Below, one piece after another: positions 1 through 9,058 of a DNA stretch of 48,340 nucleotides; position 1 is the first letter of the stretch, and every line of letters starts with the position of its first letter. Origin of the DNA: an uncultured Halobacteriales archaeon. Lineage in GTDB: Archaea; Halobacteriota; Halobacteria; Halobacteriales; SW-7-71-33. The position numbers and the translations under genes are program-made. Where the stretch lies: assembly GCA_964593395.1 (NCBI GenBank), contig CAZQHW010000002.1:1-48340 (forward strand), written 5' to 3'. Below the pieces are notes generated by a model. That model was not told the origin of the DNA, did no database searches, and saw only the letters and a list, made by a program, of their open reading frames with translations.

Positions 1-376
1 ACCCCATCTGCGTGGGGAGGTCAAAGGCCATCGACAGCCCCGTCTGGCCCTCGTCGAGTAGGTAGTGAAACCGTTCGTTTGTCTCGGCGGCGGTGCCCAT
101 GCCGGCGTACTGGCGCATGGTCCACATCCGCCCGCGGTACATCGTCGAGTAGACGCCGCGGGTGTACGGCGCCTCGCCGGGGAATCCGAGATCGGCCTCG
201 TAGTCCAGGTCGGCGACGTCGTCGGGGGTGTACAGTCGCCGCACTTCCTGACCCTCGGTGTCGGTCGTGAACCGCTCCTTGCGCTCCCCGAAGCGGTCGA
301 GGGTGGGGCCGAGCGTCTCCGACTCCCAGTCGGCCTTTTCCTCGCGGATCCGGTCGAGGTCCTCGGGGTCGAACAT
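1..376 (-). CDS. methylmalonyl-CoA mutase catalytic (large) subunit, N-terminal ~125 codons only; the rest lies beyond the left window edge
   Basis: Not in the ORF track because it runs off the edge. The reverse complement from the ATG (rc of 374-376) reads [125 protein letters not shown]. This is the conserved mutase N-terminus ([25 protein letters not shown]). Confidence 0.85.
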   Translation of the reverse strand, partial: MFDPEDLDRIREEKADWESETLGPTLDRFGERKERFTTDTEGQEVRRLYTPDDVADLDYEADLGFPGEAPYTRGVYSTMYRGRMWTMRQYAGMGTAAETNERFHYLLDEGQTGLSMAFDLPTQMG

Positions 377-467
377 TACCCGCCGTTCCCGCGCCGGGCC
401 CTTAACCTCGGCGCCGTCGTTCCGAACCGGACGACCCGCCCGCCGGTCTGACGCGTTCTCCCAGCGG

Positions 468-1088
468 TCACCCGGTGTCGTACTTGTACGTTGCCGAGTC
501 CGGGTCGATACCGAAGTCCTCGGCGGTTTCGGTGTCTTCCGGTTCGGGCTCCTGGCGGGCGGCCCGCTTGAACCGCTCGCGAAGCCGCTCGGGCATCCGG
601 AAACGGGTCACGTCGAGAGTGACCGGGACGGCGTCCGGGGCGACCCGCTCGCGTTTCCGTTCCAGGCGCTCGGCGAGTGGCGCCGGTAGGGCGTCGGCGT
701 CGGTCCGCCGGAAGCCGAACTGCGCGAGGTACGCTGGCTCCTCGGTCAGGGCGTACGCCCGCTCGAACCCCCTGTCGGTCGCGTGGCGGACCAGTCGCTC
801 GAGAACGTGTGCGCCGACACCCTGGGTGCGCCACCCCTCGACGACGCCGATACTCGTGAACTCACAGTGTTCCTCGGGATCGGTGTCGTCCCCGTCGGTC
901 TCCGCGTCCGCCTCGCTCGGGGTGTGCTTGTGAACTCGGATGCGGCCGAACCCTGCCTTCGCGCCGGAGTCCTCGTCGACGGCGACGACGTAGTCTCGCG
1001 AGCGGAAGGCGGTGTCGTCGAGGCCCATCGCCTCGATGTGGTCCAGTAGCCAGACCTCTTCTCTGTTTTTCGCCTCCCGAACGTACAT
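468..1088 (-). CDS. GNAT-family N-acetyltransferase with acidic insert and basic/acidic C-terminal tail
   Basis: Lies within ORF 468..1187. I place the start at the internal ATG ([11 protein letters not shown]) because an ATTTAT box (rc of 1114-1119) lies ~28 nt upstream. The GNAT motif A is [30 protein letters not shown]. Confidence 0.8.
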   Translation of the reverse strand: MYVREAKNREEVWLLDHIEAMGLDDTAFRSRDYVVAVDEDSGAKAGFGRIRVHKHTPSEADAETDGDDTDPEEHCEFTSIGVVEGWRTQGVGAHVLERLVRHATDRGFERAYALTEEPAYLAQFGFRRTDADALPAPLAERLERKRERVAPDAVPVTLDVTRFRMPERLRERFKRAARQEPEPEDTETAEDFGIDPDSATYKYDTG

Positions 1089-1113
1089 GACACACAATAG
1101 GTGACGTGATCGA

Positions 1114-1119
1114 TAAATG
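1114..1119 (-). promoter_or_regulatory. TATA-like box for the GNAT gene (leaderless start at 1088)
   Basis: cgATAAATgg on the + strand, which is ATTTAT on the - strand, centred ~28 nt upstream of the ATG at 1088. Confidence 0.4.
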
Positions 1120-1247
1120 GTTTCCGCCGGTCGTCGCACCGACCGCCCGTATTCGCCATACTCCGGCGTGTCGCCCTCGACCGTCACGGTATCGTTACCC
1201 CTGTTGGATTTGATAAGTGTAATAAGCGGAGAGCGGTTCTACCGAGT

Positions 1248-2027
1248 GTGCCACAGACGCAGATCACCCTCGTCCAGATCGACAATTACGGTCCCTGGAC
1301 GACGACGCCTGAGCCACGCAGGGAGGTTGACCTGCAGACACTGCAGGCGCGACTGTACGCTGACTTCGCGCAGTTCGTCGGAACGCGTGACGGCTACGTC
1401 TTTTATACTCGTTTCGACAACATGGTCGCGGTGACAAACGGGACGGACATCGCCGACCACGCTCGCATTCAGGAGTCCGTGTCGAACCGCTACCCGGTCA
1501 CGGTCTCGATGGGCGTCGCCGCCGACGAGAGCCCGGTAGCCGCGCTGGGCGAGGCGACGACGTACATTCAGGACGCCGGCAGCGCACAGGACGGCGACCG
1601 CACGGAGGTGCTCCGTGGCGACCCGCTCGCGCTGAGCGACCGGACCGACCGAGACGTCCAGATCGCCCACTTCGACGTGGTCGACGCCACCGGCAAGTAC
1701 ACCGACCGGATGAACGCCTTCGACACCTACATGCGGATCCAGGAGACGTACCTCGACCTGATGCGACACATGCGCGCCGAACACGACGCTCTCTCCTTTT
1801 TTGTCGGCGGCGACAACATCATCGCGATCTGCCCGAGCCTCGACCAGTCCGACTTCGAGGCGACGATCGAGCAGATGCGCGACAGCGCGGACGTCGAGTT
1901 GCAGGTCGGCGTCGGCAGCGGGCGCTCGCCCCACGACGCCGGTATGGCCGCGAAACACGCCCTCGAGGTGTGTCGTCACGACGGCACCCGCGTCGAGGGC
2001 GCCGCCCACCCCGCCGCGGGCGACTGA
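1248..2027 (+). CDS. gch3: GTP cyclohydrolase III (archaeal ArfA-type, FAPy-forming)
   Basis: GTG start. The N-terminus QITLVQIDNYGPWTTTPEPRRE and the motifs FFVGGDNIIAICP and VGVG are characteristic of the archaeal GTP cyclohydrolase III family. An AT-rich box (gatttgataagtgtaataag, ~1207-1228) lies upstream. Confidence 0.85.
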   Translation: MPQTQITLVQIDNYGPWTTTPEPRREVDLQTLQARLYADFAQFVGTRDGYVFYTRFDNMVAVTNGTDIADHARIQESVSNRYPVTVSMGVAADESPVAALGEATTYIQDAGSAQDGDRTEVLRGDPLALSDRTDRDVQIAHFDVVDATGKYTDRMNAFDTYMRIQETYLDLMRHMRAEHDALSFFVGGDNIIAICPSLDQSDFEATIEQMRDSADVELQVGVGSGRSPHDAGMAAKHALEVCRHDGTRVEGAAHPAAGD

Positions 2028-2036
2028 CACCAACCG

Positions 2037-3266
2037 ATGGACGACGCCCCCGACCGAGGCGACGACGGGACCGGGGACCCGACCCAGTCCCCACCGGACG
2101 CGACCGCCGCCGACGGCGGCCGCGACCCCGACCGTGACGGCGACCGAACGCCGCCGAGCGCCCCGGCGGGGCGGACGGTCCGATTCGTCGAGGAGTGCGA
2201 GGTGGCGGTCGAACCGCTCCAGGTGCCCGCCCCCGACGCCGGCGAGGTGCGTGTGCGGACGACCGTCTCGGCGGTCAGCCCCGGCACCGAACTGCTCGTC
2301 TACCGAGGCGAGGCCCCCGCGTCGATGGCCGCCGACGAGTCGATCGAGGCGCTGTCGGGCGATCTATCCTTTCCGCTGTCGTACGGCTACGCCGCCGTCG
2401 GCCGGGTGACTGCGCTGGGCGACGGCGTGGACGAGCGCTGGCGCGACCGCCGCGTGTTCGCCTTCCACCCCCACGAGAGTCACTTTCTTGCCGACCCGGC
2501 GGACCTCGTCCGAGTGCCGGCCGACCAGGAGTCGGCGACCGCCGCGCTCCTGCCGAACGCGGAGACGGCAGTCAACTTCGCACTCGACGGCGAACCACGG
2601 GTCGGCGAGCAGGTCGCCGTCTTCGGCCAGGGCGTGGTCGGACTGTTGACGACCGCCGTTCTCGCCGCCCACCCGGTCGACCGTGTCGTCGGCGTCGACC
2701 TGTACGAGCGCCGTCGCCGGGTCGCCCGTGCGCTCGGCGCCGACACCACGCTGGACCCGACCGACGGGAGCCACGAGGGCGACCCGCTCCCGCTGGCCGA
2801 CGCGCCCGACGACGGGGTCGCCGACCGCGACCCCGACGACCGCCGCACCGACCCGGCCGTGCGGCGCCTGTACGAGGGCACCGGCGACCCCGCGGGCGTC
2901 GACCTGGCGTACGAACTGTCGGGGAGTCCCGACGCGCTCGACCAGGCGATCGCGGCGACGGGGTACAGCGGCCGGGTGGTCGTCGGCTCCTGGTACGGGC
3001 GCAAGCGCGTCGGTCTCGACCTCGGGCGGCGCTTCCACCGGAGTCGCGTGCGACTCATGAGCAGCCAGGTGTCGACGATCGACCCGCGCCTGCGAGGACG
3101 CTGGGACGCCGACCGTCGTCTCGACGTGGCCTGGGACCGCCTGGCGGCAATCGATACCGACCGCCTCGTGAGCCACCACGTCCCGGTCGACGACGCCGCC
3201 GAGGCCTACCGCCTCCTCGACGAGCGCCCCGAGGACGCCGTCGGCGTCGTCCTCACGTACGACTGA
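2037..3266 (+). CDS. zinc-type alcohol dehydrogenase-like (MDR superfamily) oxidoreductase with ~50-aa acidic N-terminal extension
   Basis: MDR-like catalytic-domain pattern (VRVRTTVSAVSPGTELLVYRG ... SYGYAAVGRV) and a Rossmann motif VAVFGQGVVGLL. The gene starts 10 nt after gch3. Confidence 0.75.
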   Translation: MDDAPDRGDDGTGDPTQSPPDATAADGGRDPDRDGDRTPPSAPAGRTVRFVEECEVAVEPLQVPAPDAGEVRVRTTVSAVSPGTELLVYRGEAPASMAADESIEALSGDLSFPLSYGYAAVGRVTALGDGVDERWRDRRVFAFHPHESHFLADPADLVRVPADQESATAALLPNAETAVNFALDGEPRVGEQVAVFGQGVVGLLTTAVLAAHPVDRVVGVDLYERRRRVARALGADTTLDPTDGSHEGDPLPLADAPDDGVADRDPDDRRTDPAVRRLYEGTGDPAGVDLAYELSGSPDALDQAIAATGYSGRVVVGSWYGRKRVGLDLGRRFHRSRVRLMSSQVSTIDPRLRGRWDADRRLDVAWDRLAAIDTDRLVSHHVPVDDAAEAYRLLDERPEDAVGVVLTYD

Positions 3267-3336
3267 CACGAGGGGGTGGCCGGCGCGGGCGGGGCCGGGA
3301 GAAGGCACATTACCACCCCCTCCGAACCGACGACCG

Positions 3337-4311
3337 ATGGACACGGAGCCGGCGATGAGCGTCGAGGAGGCCTCGACGGTGTGCGACCGGGTGCTCGACG
3401 CCGTCGCGAGTGCGGTCGTCGCCGACCGCGAGTTTCTGGAGACCGTGCTCACCGGTGCGCTCGCCCGGGGCCACGTGTTGCTTGAGGACGTCCCGGGCAC
3501 TGGCAAGACGCTGACCGCGCGGTCGATGGCCCGTGCGCTGGGGCTGTCGTTCAATCGCGTGCAGTTCACGCCGGACCTGTTGCCGGCCGACATCACGGGG
3601 TCGTACGTGTACGACGAGGGCGACGGCGAGTTCGAGTTCAGTCCCGGCCCGGTGTTCGCGAACGTCGTTCTCGCGGACGAGATAAACCGCGCGCCACCCA
3701 AGACCCAGGCCGCGCTCTTGGAGGCGATGGGCGAGGGCCAGGTGACCGTCGACGGCGAGACCCACGCCCTGCCGACCCCCTTCTTCGTCATGGCCACGCA
3801 GAACCCCGTCGAGCAGGAGGGCACCTTCGAGTTGCCAGAGGCACAGCGGGACCGGTTCGTCGTCAAGACCGCGATCGGCTACCCCGGCCGCGACGGCGAA
3901 CTCGAACTGATCGACCGCCGCGCCGAGCGCACCGCCCAGGCCCCGACCGTCGACCGGGTGATCGACGGCGACGAGATCCCGCGACTCCAGGCGGTCCCCG
4001 AGACCGTCCGCGTCGACCCCCGCGTCCGGGCGTACGTCGTCGACCTCGGGCGAGCCACCCGCGAGGACCCCCGCGTCGAGGTCGGCGTCTCCCCGCGAGG
4101 CGTACAACGACTGTTCGAGGCGGCCCGTGCCCACGCCGTCGTCGCCGGGCGGGACTACGTCGCCCCCGAAGACGCGAAGCGGGTCGCCCGCCCCGTCTTC
4201 CAGCACCGGATCGTCCTGACCGCCGAGGCCAGGGTGCGCGAGACCACCCGCCAGACGGTTCTCGACGAGGTGCTCGACGGCGTCGAGGTGCCCGCCGCCG
4301 TCGGCTCCTGA
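3337..4311 (+). CDS. MoxR-family AAA+ ATPase
   Basis: Walker A is LLEDVPGTGKTLTARSMA. RVQFTPDLLPADITG is the MoxR signature. Walker B/sensor is VVLADEINRAPPKTQAALLEAM, followed by FVMATQNP.EQEGT..LPEAQ.DRF. Confidence 0.9.
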   Translation: MDTEPAMSVEEASTVCDRVLDAVASAVVADREFLETVLTGALARGHVLLEDVPGTGKTLTARSMARALGLSFNRVQFTPDLLPADITGSYVYDEGDGEFEFSPGPVFANVVLADEINRAPPKTQAALLEAMGEGQVTVDGETHALPTPFFVMATQNPVEQEGTFELPEAQRDRFVVKTAIGYPGRDGELELIDRRAERTAQAPTVDRVIDGDEIPRLQAVPETVRVDPRVRAYVVDLGRATREDPRVEVGVSPRGVQRLFEAARAHAVVAGRDYVAPEDAKRVARPVFQHRIVLTAEARVRETTRQTVLDEVLDGVEVPAAVGS

Positions 4312-4357
4312 CCGCCTCGTCCGCAGTCTACTTGTCGGAGGCCCTCCCCGTACGGCC

Positions 4358-5230
4358 ATGGATGTCATCGTGACCGGTGGCCGCGGCGAGACGGGCCGGT
4401 GGGTCGTCGACCGACTCGTCGACGACCACGCGGTCACCTGTCTCGACAAGACGCTCCCCGAGAAGGGCCACCCCGGCGTCGACTACCGCGCACTCGACCT
4501 GACCGACGCGGGTGCGACGTTCGACGTGATCACGGACCTGCGGCCCGACGCAGTCGTCCACTGGGCGGCGATCCCGGTCGCCGGCACGCACCCCGCTGTC
4601 GACGTGTACCGCAACAACACGCTGGCGGCCCACCACGTCCTGACGGCGGCGGGGCGGGTCGGTGCCCGCGTCGTCCAGGCCTCCTCGGACGGCGCGTACG
4701 GCTTCTTTTTCGCCGACGAGACGCCACTGCCTGACGCGCTCCCGGTGACCGAGGCACACGCCCTCCGTCCGGAGGACCCCTACGGTCTCTCGAAGGTCGT
4801 CAGCGAGGAGGTCGCCGCGACGGTCGCCCGCCGGGACGGCGTTCCGGTCGTCTCTCTGCGCCCCTCGTGGATCCAGACGCCCGGGGAGTACGCCTGTCGC
4901 GACCCCGAGTACGTCGAGGACCGCTCGGCTGGCGCGGGCAACTTCTGGTCGTACGTCGACGCCCGTGACGTGGCCGAACTGGTCGCGGTGGCACTGACCG
5001 CCGACGTCGGCGGCCACGAGGCCGTTAACTGCGTCGCCGCGGACAACGCGCTCGGCCGGCCGCTTCGGGACCTGGTGCGCGAGCAGTACGGCCGTCTCCC
5101 CGAGGACTGTGCCGTCGAGGGCGATACCTCGGCGTACTCGACGGCGAAGGCTCGTGACCTGTTCGACTGGACGCCCGCCCACTCCTGGCGCGACGCCGCC
5201 GCCGACCCGGTTCCTGTTCCGGAGGTCTGA
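4358..5230 (+). CDS. NAD-dependent epimerase/dehydratase (extended SDR)
   Basis: N-terminal Rossmann motif VIVTGGRGETGRWVV and catalytic YxxxK in PYGLSKVVSE. Confidence 0.8.
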   Translation: MDVIVTGGRGETGRWVVDRLVDDHAVTCLDKTLPEKGHPGVDYRALDLTDAGATFDVITDLRPDAVVHWAAIPVAGTHPAVDVYRNNTLAAHHVLTAAGRVGARVVQASSDGAYGFFFADETPLPDALPVTEAHALRPEDPYGLSKVVSEEVAATVARRDGVPVVSLRPSWIQTPGEYACRDPEYVEDRSAGAGNFWSYVDARDVAELVAVALTADVGGHEAVNCVAADNALGRPLRDLVREQYGRLPEDCAVEGDTSAYSTAKARDLFDWTPAHSWRDAAADPVPVPEV

Positions 5231-5488
5231 CTCACGACCCACGACCGGCGTCAGGTATCGCGCCACGACACCACAGCGTCCACACGTTCATCAGTGATGC
5301 CGGGACCACACCTTCCCGTGCGCTGACGGTTGCCGGGGCCGGTCGAGGCGGGTGTGCGACGCGCCGGTCCCGCAGACGGGCCGGCGGTCTCGCTCGCCCC
5401 ACGCGTCGCCTGTTCGCTCTCGAGGGTGCTCCGTCCACTTTCACCCCGGTGTCGTCGGGTTTAATCGGTCCCGTGCCCCAGCGGAGGT

Positions 5489-6736
5489 ATGGCCGAACCG
5501 CGGCTCCCGGGCGCACCCGACCCCGACGACCGGGAGCGGATCGTGGTTCACGTGGACATGGACTGCTTCTATGCCGCCTGTGAGCGACTCCGTGACCCCG
5601 ACCTCGCGGGTGCACCCGTCGTGGTCGGGATGGGGTACGAGCCCGGTGACGACGTTGGGGCGGTCGCCACCGCGAGCTACGAGGCCCGCGAGTTCGGCGT
5701 CGAGAGCGCTCAGGCGATCTCGACCGCCCTAAGACAGTTGCCACGGGTCGAGGACGCCGACCCCGACGACCCCGCCGCGCACTACCGGCCCGTCGACATG
5801 GAGTTCTACGAGTCCGTCAGCGAGGACGTCCGGGCGGTTCTGGGCGACTGCGCCGACGTGGTCCGCGAGGTGAGCATCGACGAGGCGTACCTCGACGTCA
5901 CCGACCGCACCGAGTGGTCGGTTGTCGAGGGGTTCGCCCGCCACGTCAAGGAGCGGATCGACCGCGAGGTGGGGGTCACCGCGAGCGTCGGGGTCGCCCC
6001 GACGATGAGCGCCGCGAAGGTCGCGAGCGACCACGACAAGCCCGACGGCCTGGTCGTCGTCCGTCCCGGCGACGTTCGGGACTTCTTCGCCCCGCTGCCG
6101 GTCGAGGCGGTCCACGGTGTCGGGCCCGTCCGCGCCCGCCAGTTGCGCGAGACAGGGATCGAGACCGCTGGCGACCTCGCCGAGGCGCCACTCGCGGATC
6201 TCGCCGACCGCTTCGGCGAGCGCGGTCGCGAGATCGCCCGCCGTGCCCGTGGCCAGGACGACCGCGAGGTGACCCCTCGCGGCCGACCGAAGAGTCTCTC
6301 CCGGGAGTCGGCGTTCTCCGAGGCTGTCGAGGACGCCGAGCGAAAGCGCGAGCGGGTCCGCACCCTCGCCCGGGCCGTGGCCGACCGCGCCGACGGAACG
6401 GGAGCGGTGTACCGGACGATCGGGGTCAAGGCCGTCGAGCCGCCGTTCGAGGTGAACACCCGGGAGCGGTCCCTCCCGGGAGCCGTCGCGGACGCGACCC
6501 TCGTCGAGGAGGTCGCCCTGGACCTCTTTGATGAGTTCGTCGACCGCGCGGTCCGGAAGGTCGGCGTCCGGGTCTCGAACCTCGGCTTCCCCGACGGCGA
6601 ACAGGCACGACTCGACGGGTTCGGTGTCGACCCTGACGGCGGCGACGCCGACGCTCACGCCCATCTCGACGCGGCGGAACCGGGTGCACCGGAGGACACC
6701 GCGAGCCGTGGACAGACGCGGCTGACAGAATTTTAA
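5489..6736 (+). CDS. dinB: Y-family DNA polymerase IV (DinB/Dbh)
   Basis: Motifs IVVHVDMDCFYAACE, VSIDEAYLDVT, SVGVAPTMSAAKVASDHDKPDG. The C-terminus ends in QTRLTEF, a PIP-box-like motif. A tttaat box lies ~27 nt upstream of the ATG. Confidence 0.9.
   Translation: MAEPRLPGAPDPDDRERIVVHVDMDCFYAACERLRDPDLAGAPVVVGMGYEPGDDVGAVATASYEAREFGVESAQAISTALRQLPRVEDADPDDPAAHYRPVDMEFYESVSEDVRAVLGDCADVVREVSIDEAYLDVTDRTEWSVVEGFARHVKERIDREVGVTASVGVAPTMSAAKVASDHDKPDGLVVVRPGDVRDFFAPLPVEAVHGVGPVRARQLRETGIETAGDLAEAPLADLADRFGERGREIARRARGQDDREVTPRGRPKSLSRESAFSEAVEDAERKRERVRTLARAVADRADGTGAVYRTIGVKAVEPPFEVNTRERSLPGAVADATLVEEVALDLFDEFVDRAVRKVGVRVSNLGFPDGEQARLDGFGVDPDGGDADAHAHLDAAEPGAPEDTASRGQTRLTEF
6713..6733 (+). 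other. C-terminal PCNA-interacting (PIP-box-like) motif of DinB
   Basis: The last seven codons encode Q-T-R-L-T-E-F, matching QxxLxxF directly before the stop codon. Confidence 0.6.
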
Positions 6737-6752
6737 CTTAACTGCCGGGGAG

Positions 6753-6760
6753 ATTATAAA
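6753..6760 (+). promoter_or_regulatory. TATA-like box for the J-domain membrane protein gene
   Basis: attataaa, centred ~34 nt upstream of the ATG at 6791, in an AT-rich gap (gaattttaacttaac ... gattataaac). Confidence 0.45.
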
Positions 6761-6790
6761 CATGGGCTTCGTTTCGGTTATCAGTACAGG

Positions 6791-8125
6791 ATGAGCGACG
6801 GGATGGACTTCTACGACCTCATGGGGGTGCCGTCCGGTGCTCCCCAGGAGGAGATCCAGCGGGCGTTCAGGCGACGCGTCCGTGAGTACCATCCCGACCG
6901 CAACGACGACCCCCGTGCCCCGGCGCAGTTTATCGCGCTGAAAAAGGCCTACGACACCCTCGGCGACCAGAAAGAGCGAGACGCCTACGACCGCCTCGGA
7001 CACGAGGAGTACGTCGGCGAGCGCATCAGTGGTCTGCCGTCCGTGGAAACCTGGGAGACGCCGGAGGACGACGGACGTGTCTCGCGGAACGCCAGCGAGG
7101 TCGCGACAGGCGGGACTGACACCGACACCGACACCAACACCGACGCCGTCGAATCCGACTGGACGTCCGACGCCGACGCGAACCCCGACACTGACGTGAA
7201 CGGCTCCGCGGACCCCGACTCGGACGTCGACCCGGAGTTCGACTTCGATTTCGACTTCGACTCTGATGCCGTGGTCGACGGTCCGGACCCGGAGGCGAAC
7301 GACGCCGCAGGGTCGACCGCGGGTACGACGGTCGCCCCGGACAAGTCGTCGACCGACGGCTTCGTGATCGACGCCGACAGTGCGTCGTCCGACCTCGCGG
7401 GCGCCCAGGGCAGCGTCGGCGGTTCGGTCCAGTCCGTCGAGGTGTCGAAGTCACCGACAGCGTCCGGTGCGGGCACCGCACGCGGCCCGAAGACCGCCCC
7501 CAAGACCGACCCGGAGTCGGAGGCGGAGAACGAGGAGCCGTCGATCCCCGAGGAGTACGTCGACGACGAGACGGACGAGGCGCCGACGCCCCGGGAGTGG
7601 CTCCGTGAGCGGGTGCGGCGGCTGTTCGGCTGGCCGCTGGTCGGCCTCGCCAACCTCGTCTACCTCGGGGCGCTCGTAGCCGTCTACGCGGCGAACACCG
7701 ACGGTATCGCCCGCCTGGCAGAGGCCGTCCGCACCGCCGGGCTCCCAGCCGCGCTCGACTCTGGCTACGGGATCACCGGGCCGGCGGCGCTCGTCGGCGG
7801 GGCACTCTCGGGGAGTACCAGTCCGCTCGTCGGCGGCACGGTCCTCCTCGGACTGTCGCTCCTGGCGTCGGTGTACTCCCTGCTCGTCTGGTGGACGCGC
7901 CGGAACAGTCACTGGGACCCCTCGTACCTGTACGCCGCCGGCGCCGCCGTCCCCGCCGTCTGGACTGCTGTCTCGTCGGTCGGTGCCGGCGGCGGTCTCG
8001 CCGCCGACCTCCTCGCGTACGTCGTCGTGCCCGTCGCGACGATGGGGGCGATGGTGTTTTTCCGCATCCTGCTTCCGCGTGGGGTGCGCTTGGTGCGGCA
8101 GTACCGCTACCGACTGCTGAACTGA
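6791..8125 (+). CDS. membrane-anchored J-domain (DnaJ-like) protein: N-terminal J domain, long acidic low-complexity linker, C-terminal multi-TM region
   Basis: The J domain is DFYDLMGVPSGAPQEEIQRAFRRRVREYHPDRNDD...AYDTLGDQKERDAYD, with the HPD motif. The linker has DTDTDTNTD and DFDFDFDS repeats. The C-terminal ~170 aa are hydrophobic (about 4-5 TM). Confidence 0.85.
   Translation: MSDGMDFYDLMGVPSGAPQEEIQRAFRRRVREYHPDRNDDPRAPAQFIALKKAYDTLGDQKERDAYDRLGHEEYVGERISGLPSVETWETPEDDGRVSRNASEVATGGTDTDTDTNTDAVESDWTSDADANPDTDVNGSADPDSDVDPEFDFDFDFDSDAVVDGPDPEANDAAGSTAGTTVAPDKSSTDGFVIDADSASSDLAGAQGSVGGSVQSVEVSKSPTASGAGTARGPKTAPKTDPESEAENEEPSIPEEYVDDETDEAPTPREWLRERVRRLFGWPLVGLANLVYLGALVAVYAANTDGIARLAEAVRTAGLPAALDSGYGITGPAALVGGALSGSTSPLVGGTVLLGLSLLASVYSLLVWWTRRNSHWDPSYLYAAGAAVPAVWTAVSSVGAGGGLAADLLAYVVVPVATMGAMVFFRILLPRGVRLVRQYRYRLLN
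7118..7263 (+). repeat. short coding tandem repeats (gacacc)n and (ttcgac)n inside the acidic linker of the J-domain protein
   Basis: gacaccgacaccgacaccaacaccgac at 7118-7144 and ttcgacttcgatttcgacttcgac at ~7238-7261. Confidence 0.6.
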
Positions 8126-8240
8126 GCGCCGACTGCGACCCCACGCTCCCGGCACCGTGTCGAAGCAGGATGTCCGTACCGTCGAGGGACGGTCACGGTG
8201 AAACGGCGACGCGGCACGGCCACGGGTCACGACGGCGCGG

Positions 8241-8942
8241 TCAGTCGAAGTCCGGTGAGTGGTAGGGACGCCACCCCTGTTCGACGCCGGGCAGACCACG
8301 GACGCGGATCTCGCGGCGTTCGTCGCGCTCCCGCAGTTCGACCAGGCCGTCGAACAGGGTCTTCAGTTGGTCGAACTGGGCGGCGTCGATCGTGCCGGGG
8401 TTGATGACGAACAACCCGATCCCGCCGGCGCGGTCGATCCGCCCGGAGAGAACGTGCAGGAACCGCGCGAGACGGTCGAACTCGGTGTACAACAGGAGCG
8501 TCGACAGCGAGTCGACGCCCAGGCGAACCCCCGCCGCGCCCCCGTCGTGGAGGTCGTTCATCAACTCGCTGGCGCCGATCCCGATACCGGTCAGGTCCGC
8601 CGGCGAGGATGCCCGGCGCACGAGCGTCTCTCCCTCGTGTTCGGTGGTGCCACCGCGCTGGCCAGAGATGCACTCCACGACGCCGAGCCTGGAGCTGTCG
8701 AACTCCGGGGAGACGCGCCTGTAGTCCTCGATAACGGCACGCTCGTCGTCTCGCGTGGCGACGACGATGCTGCCCTCGCCCTGTTCGGTCCCCCGGGCGA
8801 GCGTCTCTAGCATGAGGTCGTACTTGCCGATGAGTGGCGGCCCGGAGACGAGGACGTTCGTGCCCGGGTCGAAGTCGATGACCGGTGGCTCTCCGTCGGC
8901 GTCCTGCACGCGGGGACGCTCGCCAGCCGGTCCGGTCGACAT
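8241..8942 (-). CDS. single-domain RecA/KaiC-like protein with degenerate Walker A (haloarchaeal HTR-like/KaiC-like family)
   Basis: NVLVSGPPLIGKYDLMLETL matches GxxxxGK but is followed by Y instead of S/T. The Walker-B-like strand is GVRLGVDSLSTLL. Overall length and layout resemble a KaiC/RadA core domain. Confidence 0.7.
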   Translation of the reverse strand: MSTGPAGERPRVQDADGEPPVIDFDPGTNVLVSGPPLIGKYDLMLETLARGTEQGEGSIVVATRDDERAVIEDYRRVSPEFDSSRLGVVECISGQRGGTTEHEGETLVRRASSPADLTGIGIGASELMNDLHDGGAAGVRLGVDSLSTLLLYTEFDRLARFLHVLSGRIDRAGGIGLFVINPGTIDAAQFDQLKTLFDGLVELRERDERREIRVRGLPGVEQGWRPYHSPDFD

Positions 8943-9058
8943 TAGTCCACGTACGGTTCAGGCGGATAAAGTCTTGTTGGGTTGTTGGCAGCGACGGCGC
9001 CCCGTCGTGGCCTCTTTTCGAGGCAAGGCTTAACCATAGACCCGCACTACCCGAGGAC

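Noticed and set aside
2364-4449. 500-aa and 379-aa - strand ORFs overlapping the MDR oxidoreductase, MoxR and epimerase genes
   Set aside because: They are antisense shadow ORFs. The + strand frames carry Rossmann and Walker motifs, while the - strand translations are low-complexity.
5231-5488. 258-nt gap between the epimerase and dinB genes, inspected for a small gene or structured RNA
   Set aside because: Only a 19-codon - strand ORF (MNVWTLWCRGAIPDAGRGS) is present, with no supporting promoter spacing. I saw no tRNA-like or obvious stem-loop architecture. The tttaat box at ~5460 is explained as the dinB promoter.
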